The notes under the pieces were generated by a model. That model was not told where the DNA came from. It made no database searches and saw nothing but the letters and a program-made list of their open reading frames with translations. Shown here one piece after another: positions 15,345 to 27,748 of a DNA stretch of 64,000 bases (position 1 is the stretch's first letter; each line of letters opens with the position of its first letter). Made by a program: the position numbers and the translations under genes. The DNA is from Candidatus Limnocylindrales bacterium (GTDB lineage Bacteria; Chloroflexota; Limnocylindria; Limnocylindrales; CSP1-4). The stretch is from assembly GCA_038214375.1 (NCBI GenBank), contig JBBQRX010000001.1:77131-141130 (forward strand), read 5' to 3'.

Positions 15345-15605
15345 GACTGAGCCCCGTCCCTGACGGCGCTGTCAGGCGGCCTTATCTTGATCAGGCCCAG
15401 TGATGGATTTCGGGGCGCCGAGCACGAAACCGCCCACGAAACGCGGTTTCGCCGTCAGAATGAGCGTGACGCGCCTCGATTCGATCAGCGGAGCTGATGA
15501 TCATCAGGCCGGCTGATCGGACCGCCCGCCGCGCCCGCCGCGGGACCGCAAACCGCCCGCCGCGCACGCCCTCGGCCGCCCTCGGCCGCCAGCAGTAGCT
15601 CCGGG

Positions 15606-16964
15606 CTAGGCCGGAACGGAGCCGAGCACCCGGCCAAAGATCCCGAGCGCCTCGTCGATCTCCGCGGACGTGACGTTGAGCGGCGCGATCCAGCGGATCA
15701 CGTTGTGCTCCACGCCGCACGAGATGATCAGCAGTCCCGCATCCGCGCAGCCCTGGATCACGGCCTCGCAGAGCGCGCCGTCGGGCTCACGTGTCGCGCG
15801 GTCGCGGACGAACTCCACCCCGATCATCAGCCCCATACCGCGCACGTCACCGATCCTCGGGTCGTCGGACGCGATCGCGCGAAGCCCCGCCATGAGCTCG
15901 GCCCCGCGCGCGGCGCTGTTCTCCACCAGCCCCTCGGCGCGGATCGTCTCGAGGACTGCGATCCCTGCGGCGCACGCCACCGGGTTTCCCCCGTACGTGG
16001 TGCCGTGGGCGCTCTTCCCCCAGCGCTCCTGGAGGGCCTTCGAGCTCGCGAGCGCGGACAGCGGCAGGCCGTTCGCGATCGCCTTGGCCATGCAGACGAC
16101 GTCCGGGACGATGCCGGCGTGCTCGAACGCCCACATCTTCCCGGTCCGCCCGAAGCCCGCCTGGACTTCGTCCGCGACCAGCAGGATGCCGTGCTCGTCG
16201 CAGATCGCGCGCAGCGCCTGGAGAAACGCCGGCGGCGCGGGGATATAGCCGCCCTCGCCCTGGACCGGCTCGAGGATCATCGCGGCGACCGCGGAGGGCG
16301 GGATGGTGGTCGCGAGCAGATCGTGCAGGTGCTTGAGGGAGACCTCGACCGCCCGCGCCTCGTCGCCCGCGAAGTCGCGGTAGGCCGACGGGAAGGGGCT
16401 GAGGTAGACGCCCGGCAGGAGCGGCTCGTAGCCGCGCCGGTAGTTGATGTTGGAGCTCGTGATGCTCGCGGCCCCGATCGTGCGGCCGTGGAACCCGCCC
16501 CGGAAGGCGATGATCCCGGGCCGCCCCGTGACGCGGCGGGCGAGCTTGATGGCCGCCTCGATCGCCTCCGAGCCCGAGTTCATGAAGAAGATCGAATCGA
16601 GCGGCTCCGGCAGGAATTCGGCGAGGAGCTTCGCATGGCGGACGGTCGATTCCGCGTAGCCCATCGCCGCGCACGGCGCGATCAACTGGTCGACCTGGGC
16701 GTGGATCGCCGCCGTCACCGCGGGGTGGCCGTGACCCAGGACGCTGACCGCGATCCCGTTCGCGAAATCCAGGCAGGCGTTGCCGTCCGTGTCGTAGAGG
16801 CGGTGGCCCTCGCCGCGCGCCCACGATCGCTCGAAGAAGCGGCCGAGGACAGGCGTCAGGTTCGCCTCGGCGAGGGCGGCGAGGTCCAGTCCGGAGGCAG
16901 TCGGATTCGAGCCGGAGGCGGCCGAATTCAGGCCGGAGGCGGCCGGCGCGGTCACGGTTTCCAT
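15606..16964 (-). CDS. class-III (omega) pyridoxal-phosphate aminotransferase, GabT-like
   Basis: FANGIAVSVLGHGHP, FFMNSGSEAIEAAIKLAR, LVADEVQAGFGRTGKMWAFEH, MAKAIANGLP (PLP lysine context), TYGGNP. ATG at 16964; the upstream part of the track ORF is GC artefact. Confidence 0.9.
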   Translation of the reverse strand: METVTAPAASGLNSAASGSNPTASGLDLAALAEANLTPVLGRFFERSWARGEGHRLYDTDGNACLDFANGIAVSVLGHGHPAVTAAIHAQVDQLIAPCAAMGYAESTVRHAKLLAEFLPEPLDSIFFMNSGSEAIEAAIKLARRVTGRPGIIAFRGGFHGRTIGAASITSSNINYRRGYEPLLPGVYLSPFPSAYRDFAGDEARAVEVSLKHLHDLLATTIPPSAVAAMILEPVQGEGGYIPAPPAFLQALRAICDEHGILLVADEVQAGFGRTGKMWAFEHAGIVPDVVCMAKAIANGLPLSALASSKALQERWGKSAHGTTYGGNPVACAAGIAVLETIRAEGLVENSAARGAELMAGLRAIASDDPRIGDVRGMGLMIGVEFVRDRATREPDGALCEAVIQGCADAGLLIISCGVEHNVIRWIAPLNVTSAEIDEALGIFGRVLGSVPA

Positions 16965-17260
16965 GGGGCGGGTCCTCGGGTACGTCGCCGGCCGGGCCGC
17001 GTCACTCGGGCGGGCTGCGGCGGACCTGCCCCGAGTATATCGGGCGCGGACCGGGAGCCGGGGGTGCCGAAGGTCGCGCGGATGGCACGCCAAGCCGGGG
17101 ATGTCGCGCCGGGGGCATGGCCGTCGCGCCGGGGCGCCGGGGGATGTCGCGCCGGGCCGAGCCGTCGCCGTCGCACCGGGGGGCGTCGCCGTCGCGCCGA
17201 GCTCCGCGCCGCGTGCGACGATGTCGGTCAAACCCCTCCAGCCACCCGCGGAGTAACAGC

Positions 17261-18487
17261 GTGATCGACTTCAGCCTGAGCGACGAGAACCGCCTGGTCC
17301 GCGACTCCGTCCGCGAGTTCGTGGCGACGGAGATCCTGCCGAACATCCGGATATGGGACGAGCAGGGCGAGGCGCATCCCGAGGTCTTCGCGAAGATGGG
17401 CGAGCTCGGCTACCTGGGCGCGCCGATCCCGGAAGCGTGGGGCGGGTCCGGTATGGACTTCGTCTCGTTCGCGATCCTGTGCGAGGAGCTGGAACGCGCG
17501 GACACGGCCTTCCGGGTAGTCATGAGCGTCCACGTCGGCCTGAACTCGCTGGCGCTGCTCCAGTGGGGGAGCGACGAGCAACGGCGCCGCTGGCTGATCC
17601 CCCAGGCGCAGGGCGCCAAGCTCGCGACGTTCGCGCTGACCGAGCCTGGCGCCGGGACCGACGCTGCCAGCCTGCAGACCACGGCCCGGCGCGACGGCGA
17701 GGCCTACGTCCTCAACGGCTCGAAGATCTGGATCAGCCTGGCGGACCTCGCGGACCACATCCTGCTCTTCGCGACGGTCGATCGCGGGAGGAAGCATCGC
17801 GGGGTGACCGCTTTCATGCTCGAGCGGGGGATGCCAGGCCTGACGACGGGGACGCTGCACGGCAAGCTGGGGATCCGTGCCGGGAATACCGGCCTCGTCA
17901 CCCTCGACAACGTGGTCGTGCCGGCGGAGAACCGGATCGGCGAAGAGGGCGAGGGGTTCCTCGTCGCGATGAGCGCGATCGACCAGGGCCGCTTCACGGT
18001 CGCGGCGGGCGCGGTCGGACTCGCGCAGGCCTGCCTGGACGCGAGCGTCGCGTACGCCCACCAGCGGGAGACGTTCGGCGAGGAGATCGGCCGGCACCAG
18101 CTCGTCAAGCAGATGATCGCCAAGATGGCCGCGGGGACGGAGATCGGGCGGCTCCTCGTCTGGCGTGCGGCCTGGCTGAAGAACCACGGCGTGCGCAACA
18201 CGCGCGAGACGTCGCTGGCGAAGTGGCACGCGACGGAACACAGCGTGGCGGCCGCGCTCGATGCCATCCAGGTGCACGGCGCGAACGGCTACAGCAACGA
18301 GTTCCCCGTCGAGCGCTACCTGCGCAACTCGAAGGCCGCGGTGATCTACGAGGGCACGAGCCAGCTCCACACGCTCATCCAGGCCGACTACGCCCTTGGG
18401 TACCGCGAAGACCGGCCGATCCGCTGCGAGCCCTTCCCAGCGCAGGGCTTCGAGCGCTGGCCGGCGCTCGGCGGGGCCGGCCAGTGA
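17261..18487 (+). CDS. acyl-CoA dehydrogenase
   Basis: FALTEPGAGTDAASL, YVLNGSKIWISL, RFTVAAGAVGLAQACLD, IYEGTSQLHTLI. GTG 17261 after ggag. Confidence 0.9.
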   Translation: MIDFSLSDENRLVRDSVREFVATEILPNIRIWDEQGEAHPEVFAKMGELGYLGAPIPEAWGGSGMDFVSFAILCEELERADTAFRVVMSVHVGLNSLALLQWGSDEQRRRWLIPQAQGAKLATFALTEPGAGTDAASLQTTARRDGEAYVLNGSKIWISLADLADHILLFATVDRGRKHRGVTAFMLERGMPGLTTGTLHGKLGIRAGNTGLVTLDNVVVPAENRIGEEGEGFLVAMSAIDQGRFTVAAGAVGLAQACLDASVAYAHQRETFGEEIGRHQLVKQMIAKMAAGTEIGRLLVWRAAWLKNHGVRNTRETSLAKWHATEHSVAAALDAIQVHGANGYSNEFPVERYLRNSKAAVIYEGTSQLHTLIQADYALGYREDRPIRCEPFPAQGFERWPALGGAGQ

Positions 18488-18789
18488 GCGACGAGGGATC
18501 CGGCGACTCCAGGATCGCGGACGTCGGCCACTACGCCGCCGCGATTCGTCGCCAGATCGGCGCAGCCTGGACGACCGGGAGCGGCGGCCGGCGCGCGACG
18601 ATCCTGGCCGGCGGCGCCGTCACGGCGCTGCTCGCGGCCGCGTTCCTGTTCGGCGCCTGGCACCTCCTGTTCGGCGGGTTCGTCAAGGGCAACTGGCGTG
18701 CAGGGGCGTTCGGACTGACTCTCGCCGGAGCCTGCGGCGTGCTCCTCGCGGGAGAAGCGGCACTGCTTCGGCGGCGCTTGGCGCGCTGA
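18484..18789 (+). CDS. hypothetical two-TM membrane protein
   Basis: GTG 18484 overlaps the acyl-CoA dehydrogenase stop (GTGA). Hydrophobic segments AGGAVTALLAAAFLFGAWHLLF and AFGLTLAGACGVLLAG. Confidence 0.5.
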   Translation: MSDEGSGDSRIADVGHYAAAIRRQIGAAWTTGSGGRRATILAGGAVTALLAAAFLFGAWHLLFGGFVKGNWRAGAFGLTLAGACGVLLAGEAALLRRRLAR

Positions 18790-18809
18790 CGAGCCCGGAG
18801 GCGCGGCCG

Positions 18810-19214
18810 TCAGGCGTTCGGTGTCGCCGGATCTCGCAGGTTGCCCTGGGCGTCCTTGAGCCACGTGACCAGCCCCGCGACGGGTTCGTCGGTCGGGTTC
18901 GCTGCCAGCAGCGCTCCGAGCGCGATCACCAGGCGCCCGACATCGCCGTCGCCGCGGGAGAACCAACGCCGGTGCAGCAGGACGACTCCGGGATGAGGTT
19001 TCCCGACCGCTGCATCGCGCCGCGCCAATCGCACGAAGTCGTCCACGTCGTGTGTGACAACCACCCGATGCTCCCTTCGAGCGGCCTCCCAGAGCGTGGC
19101 GTCTGCCGCACGATGCAAGTCCGGCCGCTCGACGACCGCGACGACGTCGTGACCCCGCAGGTGCAACTGGACCGCGATCTGTGGGGAGAGGTGCTCGTCG
19201 AGAAGGAGCCTCAT
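18810..19214 (-). CDS. PIN-like toxin-type protein (DUF5615-like)
   Basis: MRLLLDEHLSPQIAVQLHLRGHDVVAV...VVTHDVDDF is the pattern seen in DUF5615/Mut7-C-like PIN proteins partnered with DUF433. Its ATG overlaps the upstream stop (TGATG). Confidence 0.7.
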   Translation of the reverse strand: MRLLLDEHLSPQIAVQLHLRGHDVVAVVERPDLHRAADATLWEAARREHRVVVTHDVDDFVRLARRDAAVGKPHPGVVLLHRRWFSRGDGDVGRLVIALGALLAANPTDEPVAGLVTWLKDAQGNLRDPATPNA

Positions 19215-19651
19215 CAGACCTCGGGGTGCTGGCGTTGATAGAGCTCGAGCTCGCGATCGGCCACCGCCCGGTTTGCCGCGCTCCACGCGTCGATCTCCTG
19301 CGGGTAGGCCGCGTAGTACCGCATCGCGATCCTGATGAGCGGCTGGGAGATCTCCAGGTACGCCGCCGCCCGTGGAATGCTGTCGCCGTTGGCGGCTACC
19401 GTCTCCACGACCTCCCAGACGTCGAGACCCGATGCGGCCAGCCCGGCCCGGCGTCCGGCTGGGCCATCGCGGAACACGATCCCGGGGTGCTCGACGAGTC
19501 GCAGGGCCTCCTCGAGAAATCGCTCGGCCACGCTGGTCCGGTTTGACCCGACGGTCGCGGCGTAGCGGTCCAGCCGATCGACCACGTCCTGGGTCAGCCG
19601 GAAGCTCCGGACCTCGCGGAAAGCACGCTTGGGTGCCGGTCGTTCGCTCAT
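19214..19651 (-). CDS. DUF433-domain antitoxin-type protein
   Basis: IVFRDGPAGRRAGLAASGLDVWEVV...SIPRAAAYLEISQPLIRIAMRYY is DUF433-like. It lies immediately upstream of, and coupled to, the PIN-like gene. Confidence 0.7.
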   Translation of the reverse strand: MSERPAPKRAFREVRSFRLTQDVVDRLDRYAATVGSNRTSVAERFLEEALRLVEHPGIVFRDGPAGRRAGLAASGLDVWEVVETVAANGDSIPRAAAYLEISQPLIRIAMRYYAAYPQEIDAWSAANRAVADRELELYQRQHPEV

Positions 19652-19760
19652 AGATGACAGTGTACGACACTGTATTCTTGAGGTCCAACACGAGCTCCCG
19701 CCCGTGTCGAGCGTTCGAGTCGCAGCTCGGGGGCTGCCGCGGTCAGCCGCCGCCCGATCC

Positions 19761-22730
<2,970 letters not shown>

Positions 22731-22734
<4 letters not shown>

Positions 22735-23723
22735 CCGCCGCCGACGCGGTCCTCGTCCTGCTGTGGGCGGGCCTGACGGCCTATGCGCTGTTCGGCGGCG
22801 CCGACTTCGGGGCGGGGTTCTGGGATCTCCTCCGCGGCGGCCGGCGCGCCGACCGGATCGGGGCGCTGGTCGAGGACACGATCGGCCCGGTCTGGGAGGC
22901 CAACCACGTCTGGCTGATCTTCGCCCTTGTCGTCGTGTGGACCGCGTTCCCCCCGGTCTTCGCGGCGGTCGCCTCGACGCTCTACGTCCCGCTCACCGCC
23001 GTGGCGATCGGGGTGATCCTGCGGGGATCGGCCTTCATCTTCCGCAAGTCCGTGGACGACCCGCGGCTGGAGCGTCTGTTCGGCATCCTGTTCGGGCTCT
23101 CGTCGATCATCACGCCGTTCTTCCTCGGGGCGATCGCCGGCGCCATCGCCTCGGGACGCGTCCCGCCGGGCAACGCCGCGGGCGACCCGGTCGGCAGCTG
23201 GCTCAACCCGACGTCCGTCCTCGGCGGGACGCTGGCCGTCGGGATGTGTGCGTATCTCGCGGCGGTATATCTCACGTCGGACGCCCGTCGAACGGGGGAC
23301 CCGGCGCTCGCCGACGCGTTCCGGGCCCGCGCCCTCGGCATGGGAACGGCGGTTGGGGTCGTCGCGATGCTGGGGATCGGCGTGCTCTCGCGCGACGCTC
23401 CCGCCCTGTATGACGGGCTCGTCGCGCGCGCCCTTCCCGTCGTCATCCTGTCCGCGTTCGCCGGTATCGGATCGCTGGGGCTGCTCTACCAGCGCCGGTT
23501 CGGCGCCGCGCGCGCGACGGCAGGCCTCGCCGTCGGGAGCGTCCTGTGGGGCTGGGCCGTCGCCCAGTACCCACACCTGCTCGTGGGGTCTCTCACGATC
23601 GGGCAGGCGGCGGCCGGCGAAGCGACGCTCGTCGCCTTGCTCGTGAGCCTGGTCGTCGGGGCGATCCTCGTCGTCCCGTCGATGGCCGCGCTCTTCTTCC
23701 TCTCGCAGCGTGCGCGCCCGTGA
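22731..23723 (+). CDS. cydB: cytochrome bd oxidase subunit II
   Basis: AYALFGGADFGAGFWDLL, WEANHVWLIF. The start overlaps the cydA stop. Confidence 0.9.
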
Positions 23724-23792
23724 CGGAGGCCTGGGCCGGCTTCGGTCGCCTGGCGCGGCCTCGGTCGCCGGGCGACCGCACGTGCCCGCGCC

Positions 23793-24749
23793 TCAGGTGG
23801 CCTCGACCACCTCTTCCGGGCGGGGCGGCACCGGCTCGCGGCCGCGCGTCCAGACGATGATCGCCACCGCGGCGATGATGATCACCCCGGCGACCAGCGT
23901 GCGGGGCGTCACGGACTCGCCCAGGATCACCGAACCAAGCGCCACGGCCACGATCGGGTTGACGTAGGCGTAGGTCGCCACGAGCGGGAGCGGGGCTACT
24001 CGCAGAAGCCATGCGTACGCCGTGAATCCGACCAGCGATCCGACGCCGACGAGGTAGGCGAGGGCCGCCAGGCTCTCCGTGGTGACGGCAGCCGGCTGAA
24101 ATCGGCCCGCCTCGCCCGTGGCGATCGCGACCACCCCGAGCATGACCCCGCCGCAGAGCATCTGCATCGCGACCCCGACGAGCGGCCGCGCCGGCAGGTG
24201 CGCCCGCGCGCTGTAGAGCGAGCCGGTCGCCCACAGGATCGGTGAGCCGAGCAGGATGAGCGCCCCAGCCGGGTCCACTGGCGCGCTTCCGCCGGTCGGG
24301 CCCACGAGGACGGCGACCCCGGCGAGGCCGAGCCCGATCCCGCCGACGGTCGAGCGCGACAGGCGGAGGTCGAAGAAGAGCCGGCCGAGGATCGCGACCC
24401 AGAGCGGGAGCGTGGCGATGAGGAGCGCCGCGATCCCCGACGGCACCGTCGTCTCCCCGAGCGCCACCAGGCCATTGCCGCCCACCAGCAGGAAGCCGCC
24501 GATGATCGCCGCGTCCCGCCACTCGCGGCGGCTCGGGCGTGGCTCGCCGCCGCGGCCGGGCGACGTCACGAGGAACAGGATCGTGCCCGCGATCAGGAAG
24601 CGGATGGAGCTCTGCGCGAATGGCGGGATCGTCCCCACGGCGACGCGGATCGCGAGGTACGTCGAGCCCCACACGACATAGAGGGCGCCGAGGGCGAGCG
24701 CGACGTGAGCACCGGGTGCGCCGAGGGTGCGGTGGACAGCGGTTGCCAT
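23793..24749 (-). CDS. EamA/DMT-family transporter
   Basis: Ten predicted TM segments. LGALYVVWGSTYLAIRVAV... shows the typical duplicated EamA architecture. Confidence 0.85.
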   Translation of the reverse strand: MATAVHRTLGAPGAHVALALGALYVVWGSTYLAIRVAVGTIPPFAQSSIRFLIAGTILFLVTSPGRGGEPRPSRREWRDAAIIGGFLLVGGNGLVALGETTVPSGIAALLIATLPLWVAILGRLFFDLRLSRSTVGGIGLGLAGVAVLVGPTGGSAPVDPAGALILLGSPILWATGSLYSARAHLPARPLVGVAMQMLCGGVMLGVVAIATGEAGRFQPAAVTTESLAALAYLVGVGSLVGFTAYAWLLRVAPLPLVATYAYVNPIVAVALGSVILGESVTPRTLVAGVIIIAAVAIIVWTRGREPVPPRPEEVVEAT

Positions 24750-24844
24750 CCGGGAAGGATGCCAGCCGCACCGGCCTCCCGCTGCCGGGCTCCGGCGACA
24801 GGGCCATTCCCGTGGCCTGCCGTGCGTGCGACAATCGGGGCACG

Positions 24845-25858
24845 ATGCCGCTCGACGACCGCTTCGATGATCTCGTCGCCAGCCTCACCGGCTTCTACCG
24901 GGCGTGGATCATCCAGCTCGGGATCGAGCTGGGACTGTTCGCCCGCCTCCGGGAAGCCGGGCCGAACGGGCTCACGCGTGCCGAGCTCGCCTTCGCCGCT
25001 TCCGCGGCGGCCGAGCCGATCTCCGCCTGGTGCGACGCCGCCTATGCGTCCGACCTCATCGCCGATGACGGCTCCCGCGTCAGCGTGGACCCGGACGTGG
25101 CATCGATCCTGCTCGACAAGGATCGCACCGCGTACCTCGGCGGGCAGTTCACCTACACGGTGACGGCCAGCCTCGACTACGACCGGATGGCCGAGTACCT
25201 GCGCACGGGCTCACCGGTCGCCTCGCGGCCGCCCCGCTACTACCGCGCGATCGAGGCACTGACTCGCCAGGACATCGCGGTCTTCTTCGAAGAGGTGCTC
25301 GCCGCGCTCCCGGACCTCGTTGCGGCCCTCGCCCTCGGGATCGACGTGGTCGACCTGCACTGTGGCGGTGGCCGGTGGCTGGCGGCCATGGCACGCCGCT
25401 TCCCCCACGCGCGGCTCGTCGGCGTGGAACCCGAACCCGATTCCGTGACCCGCGCGATCCAGCTCGTGCAGCGCGCGGGCCTGCGGTCGCGGATCCGGAT
25501 CGAGGCGCGCGAGGTGGACGAGGCGCTCGACGTCGGGTCGTTCGACCTGGCCTACTTCCAGCATGCCCTCCACGAAGTGCCGAACCCCGTCGTGGCGCTC
25601 CAGGCTGCGTGGCGGGCGCTCCGACCCGGGGGCAGGCTCATCGTCCTGGGCTGGTGCCTGCCCGACGAGCTCGAGGAGTACGCGAGCCTCCACGGGCAGC
25701 TGATCGCGGGCGTCGCGCTCGACGAGCTGTTCCACGGGGCGCGGCTGCGGACCGTCGCCCAGCATGCCGAGCTGTTCCGGGCTGCGGGCCTGCCCGAGCC
25801 AGACGAGATCCCGCTGCCCTCGGACGCGACGCTCCTGGTCGCGCGACGCGACGCCTGA
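24845..25858 (+). CDS. class I SAM-dependent methyltransferase (O-methyltransferase-like, N-terminal winged-helix region)
   Basis: VVDLHCGGGRWL (motif I), RLVGVEPEP, LRPGGRLIVLGW. ATG 24845; the upstream track extension is antisense to the EamA gene. Confidence 0.8.
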   Translation: MPLDDRFDDLVASLTGFYRAWIIQLGIELGLFARLREAGPNGLTRAELAFAASAAAEPISAWCDAAYASDLIADDGSRVSVDPDVASILLDKDRTAYLGGQFTYTVTASLDYDRMAEYLRTGSPVASRPPRYYRAIEALTRQDIAVFFEEVLAALPDLVAALALGIDVVDLHCGGGRWLAAMARRFPHARLVGVEPEPDSVTRAIQLVQRAGLRSRIRIEAREVDEALDVGSFDLAYFQHALHEVPNPVVALQAAWRALRPGGRLIVLGWCLPDELEEYASLHGQLIAGVALDELFHGARLRTVAQHAELFRAAGLPEPDEIPLPSDATLLVARRDA

Positions 25859-25922
25859 CCGCCGTGCGGGCCGTCGGGCGTCGCGGCTGGAGCGCGCCGG
25901 GCTCCCCGGCGGAGGTTCGCGA

Positions 25923-26372
25923 CTAGTTGACGACGATCGTGCCGTGCATGCTCGCGTGGATCCCGCAGACATACGTGAAGGTGCCAGCCGTCGCGAACGT
26001 CCGCGAGTACGTGGCGCCCGTGGCGAGCGTCGCGCTGCCGGCCGCGCCGTCGTCCCACTTCACGCTGTGTCCGGCACTGTCCTTGTTGGTCCAGGTCACC
26101 GACCCGCCCGCCTTCACGGTCAGGCTCGCCGGCGCGAACGCGAAGTTCTGGATCGTGACCGCGTCGCCCGCCGCCGCGGCCGCGCTGGCAGCCGCGGCGG
26201 GGCTGGCAGCGGCACTGGCGGCCGCGGCACTGGCGGCCGCGGCCGCGCTCGCCGCCGCGCTGGCGGCCGCGGCCGCGCTGGGTGGCGCGGCAGTCGGGCT
26301 CGCGGAGCTGCCGCAGGCGGCGAGCGCGAGGCTCGCGGAGAGGGCCAGGCCGGTGATCAGGGTTCGACGCAT
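25923..26372 (-). CDS. cupredoxin-fold (plastocyanin/amicyanin-like) copper lipoprotein
   Basis: Lipobox LALAAC, Ala/Ser-rich linker, then SVTWTNKDSAGHSV...FTYVCGIHASMHGTIVV (His...Cys-x2-His-x2-Met type-1 Cu ligand pattern). ATG 26372 after ggaagga. Confidence 0.8.
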   Translation of the reverse strand: MRRTLITGLALSASLALAACGSSASPTAAPPSAAAAASAAASAAAAASAAAASAAASPAAAASAAAAAGDAVTIQNFAFAPASLTVKAGGSVTWTNKDSAGHSVKWDDGAAGSATLATGATYSRTFATAGTFTYVCGIHASMHGTIVVN

Positions 26373-26489
26373 GGGGATTCCTTCCAGTTCGATGTCGAAT
26401 GCCTTCCGGCTCTCCGTCCCGCGACGGCCGGCGCGCATCATGCGGCTCGATACGCCGCGGACCGATCCGCCGGTTTTCGGCTCCGTCCG

Positions 26490-27311
26490 ATGACTGGCTC
26501 GCCGATCTACGTCCGGTGGGTGGCGAATGACGGCGGGCGGATCCGTTCGGTGCTGGGCGCGGCTCTCGGGATCGACGTCCCCTCGGGCCGCCCGCTCGAG
26601 GTCGGCGGGCTCCGAGTCGAGATCGTGGAGGTCGCGTCCGGATCCGGCCGAGACGCTGACCGGCTGGCAGTCGGCGCGGCCGACACGAGCATCCCGCCCG
26701 GCACGCGGACCGCGGCCGACGCGAGAACCCCGACGGAGGCCGCTTCGGCCGACGCGAACATCCCGGCCGACGCGAACATCCCGGCCGGTGGCGCCCCGCC
26801 GAGCGCGCCCGCGGAGGGCGCTCGCTTCCTCGCGCTGGGCTGGGCGACAGTCGACCACGAGCGGGCCGCGGCCGCGTGGCCGGGCACACGCTGGAAGGCG
26901 GCGCACCGGGACTCGCTCGTCGGCGCTTCCGCGCTGCTCGGGCGACCCGACCGGGCAGCCGCGACCCTGCCCGACGGCGCGGCGACCAACGACCCATTCA
27001 CCATCGTGCTCCTCGAGCCCGACACCGAAGGACGCCTCGCCGCCGCGCTCGCGCGTCATGGCGAGGGGCCGGCTGTTCTCTACGTCGCGGTCGCCGCGGA
27101 GGCCATCGCCGTCACGCGGACCCGCCTCGACGCGCTTCGGGTCCGGTGCCGGGCCGGGACGGGTCCGTTCGGTCCGGCGTTCGCGATCGCCGAAGCCCCC
27201 GCCTCGAGCCCGACGCTGATCCTCGTGCCGGACCCGACGGGCTGCCCCGCGACGGGCGGGGACGCGGCGGGAGGCCCGGCACCGGGCCAACGCGGTACCA
27301 TCGAAGGATGA
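26490..27311 (+). CDS. hypothetical protein, glyoxalase/VOC-like C-terminal region
   Basis: LALGWATVDHERAAAAW...FTIVLLEPDTEGRLAAALARHGEGPAVLYV is a pattern I associate with VOC-like actinobacterial proteins. Coupled (ATGA) to the next gene. Confidence 0.55.
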   Translation: MTGSPIYVRWVANDGGRIRSVLGAALGIDVPSGRPLEVGGLRVEIVEVASGSGRDADRLAVGAADTSIPPGTRTAADARTPTEAASADANIPADANIPAGGAPPSAPAEGARFLALGWATVDHERAAAAWPGTRWKAAHRDSLVGASALLGRPDRAAATLPDGAATNDPFTIVLLEPDTEGRLAAALARHGEGPAVLYVAVAAEAIAVTRTRLDALRVRCRAGTGPFGPAFAIAEAPASSPTLILVPDPTGCPATGGDAAGGPAPGQRGTIEG

Positions 27312-27748
27312 TCGAACGTGCCACGCTCACCTTCCGGGACGCCGGCCCGGACGATGCCGAATGGATCGCGGGCCTCCTCTCCGACGAGGGCTATCCCGCC
27401 GGGGCGACCGATATCGTGCGCCGCCTCGAGCGCTACATCGAACGCGAATGCCCGGTCCGCGTCGCCGAGGCCGGCGGCGAGCGTGCGGGCTTCGTCGCCT
27501 GCCAGGTGATCCCTCGCTTCGAGCATGACGACCACGTCGTCCGCGTGATGGCGCTCGTGGTGGCCCCGGGCGTGCGGGGCCGTGGTGTCGGGGGCGCCCT
27601 GATGGCCGAGGCGGAGGCCATCGCTGAGGGGATCGACGCCGCGTTCCTCGAGGTGACCGCCGGCCATCACCGGCCCGGCGCCAGGCGCCTCTTCGAAGCC
27701 GCGGGATACGACGCCTCGGTCACCACGTACCTCCGGAAGCGGCGCTGA
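27308..27748 (+). CDS. GNAT-family N-acetyltransferase
   Basis: VMALVVAPGVRGRGVGGALMAEAE carries the acetyl-CoA-binding Q/RxxGxG/A motif; 146 aa. Confidence 0.85.
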   Translation: MIERATLTFRDAGPDDAEWIAGLLSDEGYPAGATDIVRRLERYIERECPVRVAEAGGERAGFVACQVIPRFEHDDHVVRVMALVVAPGVRGRGVGGALMAEAEAIAEGIDAAFLEVTAGHHRPGARRLFEAAGYDASVTTYLRKRR

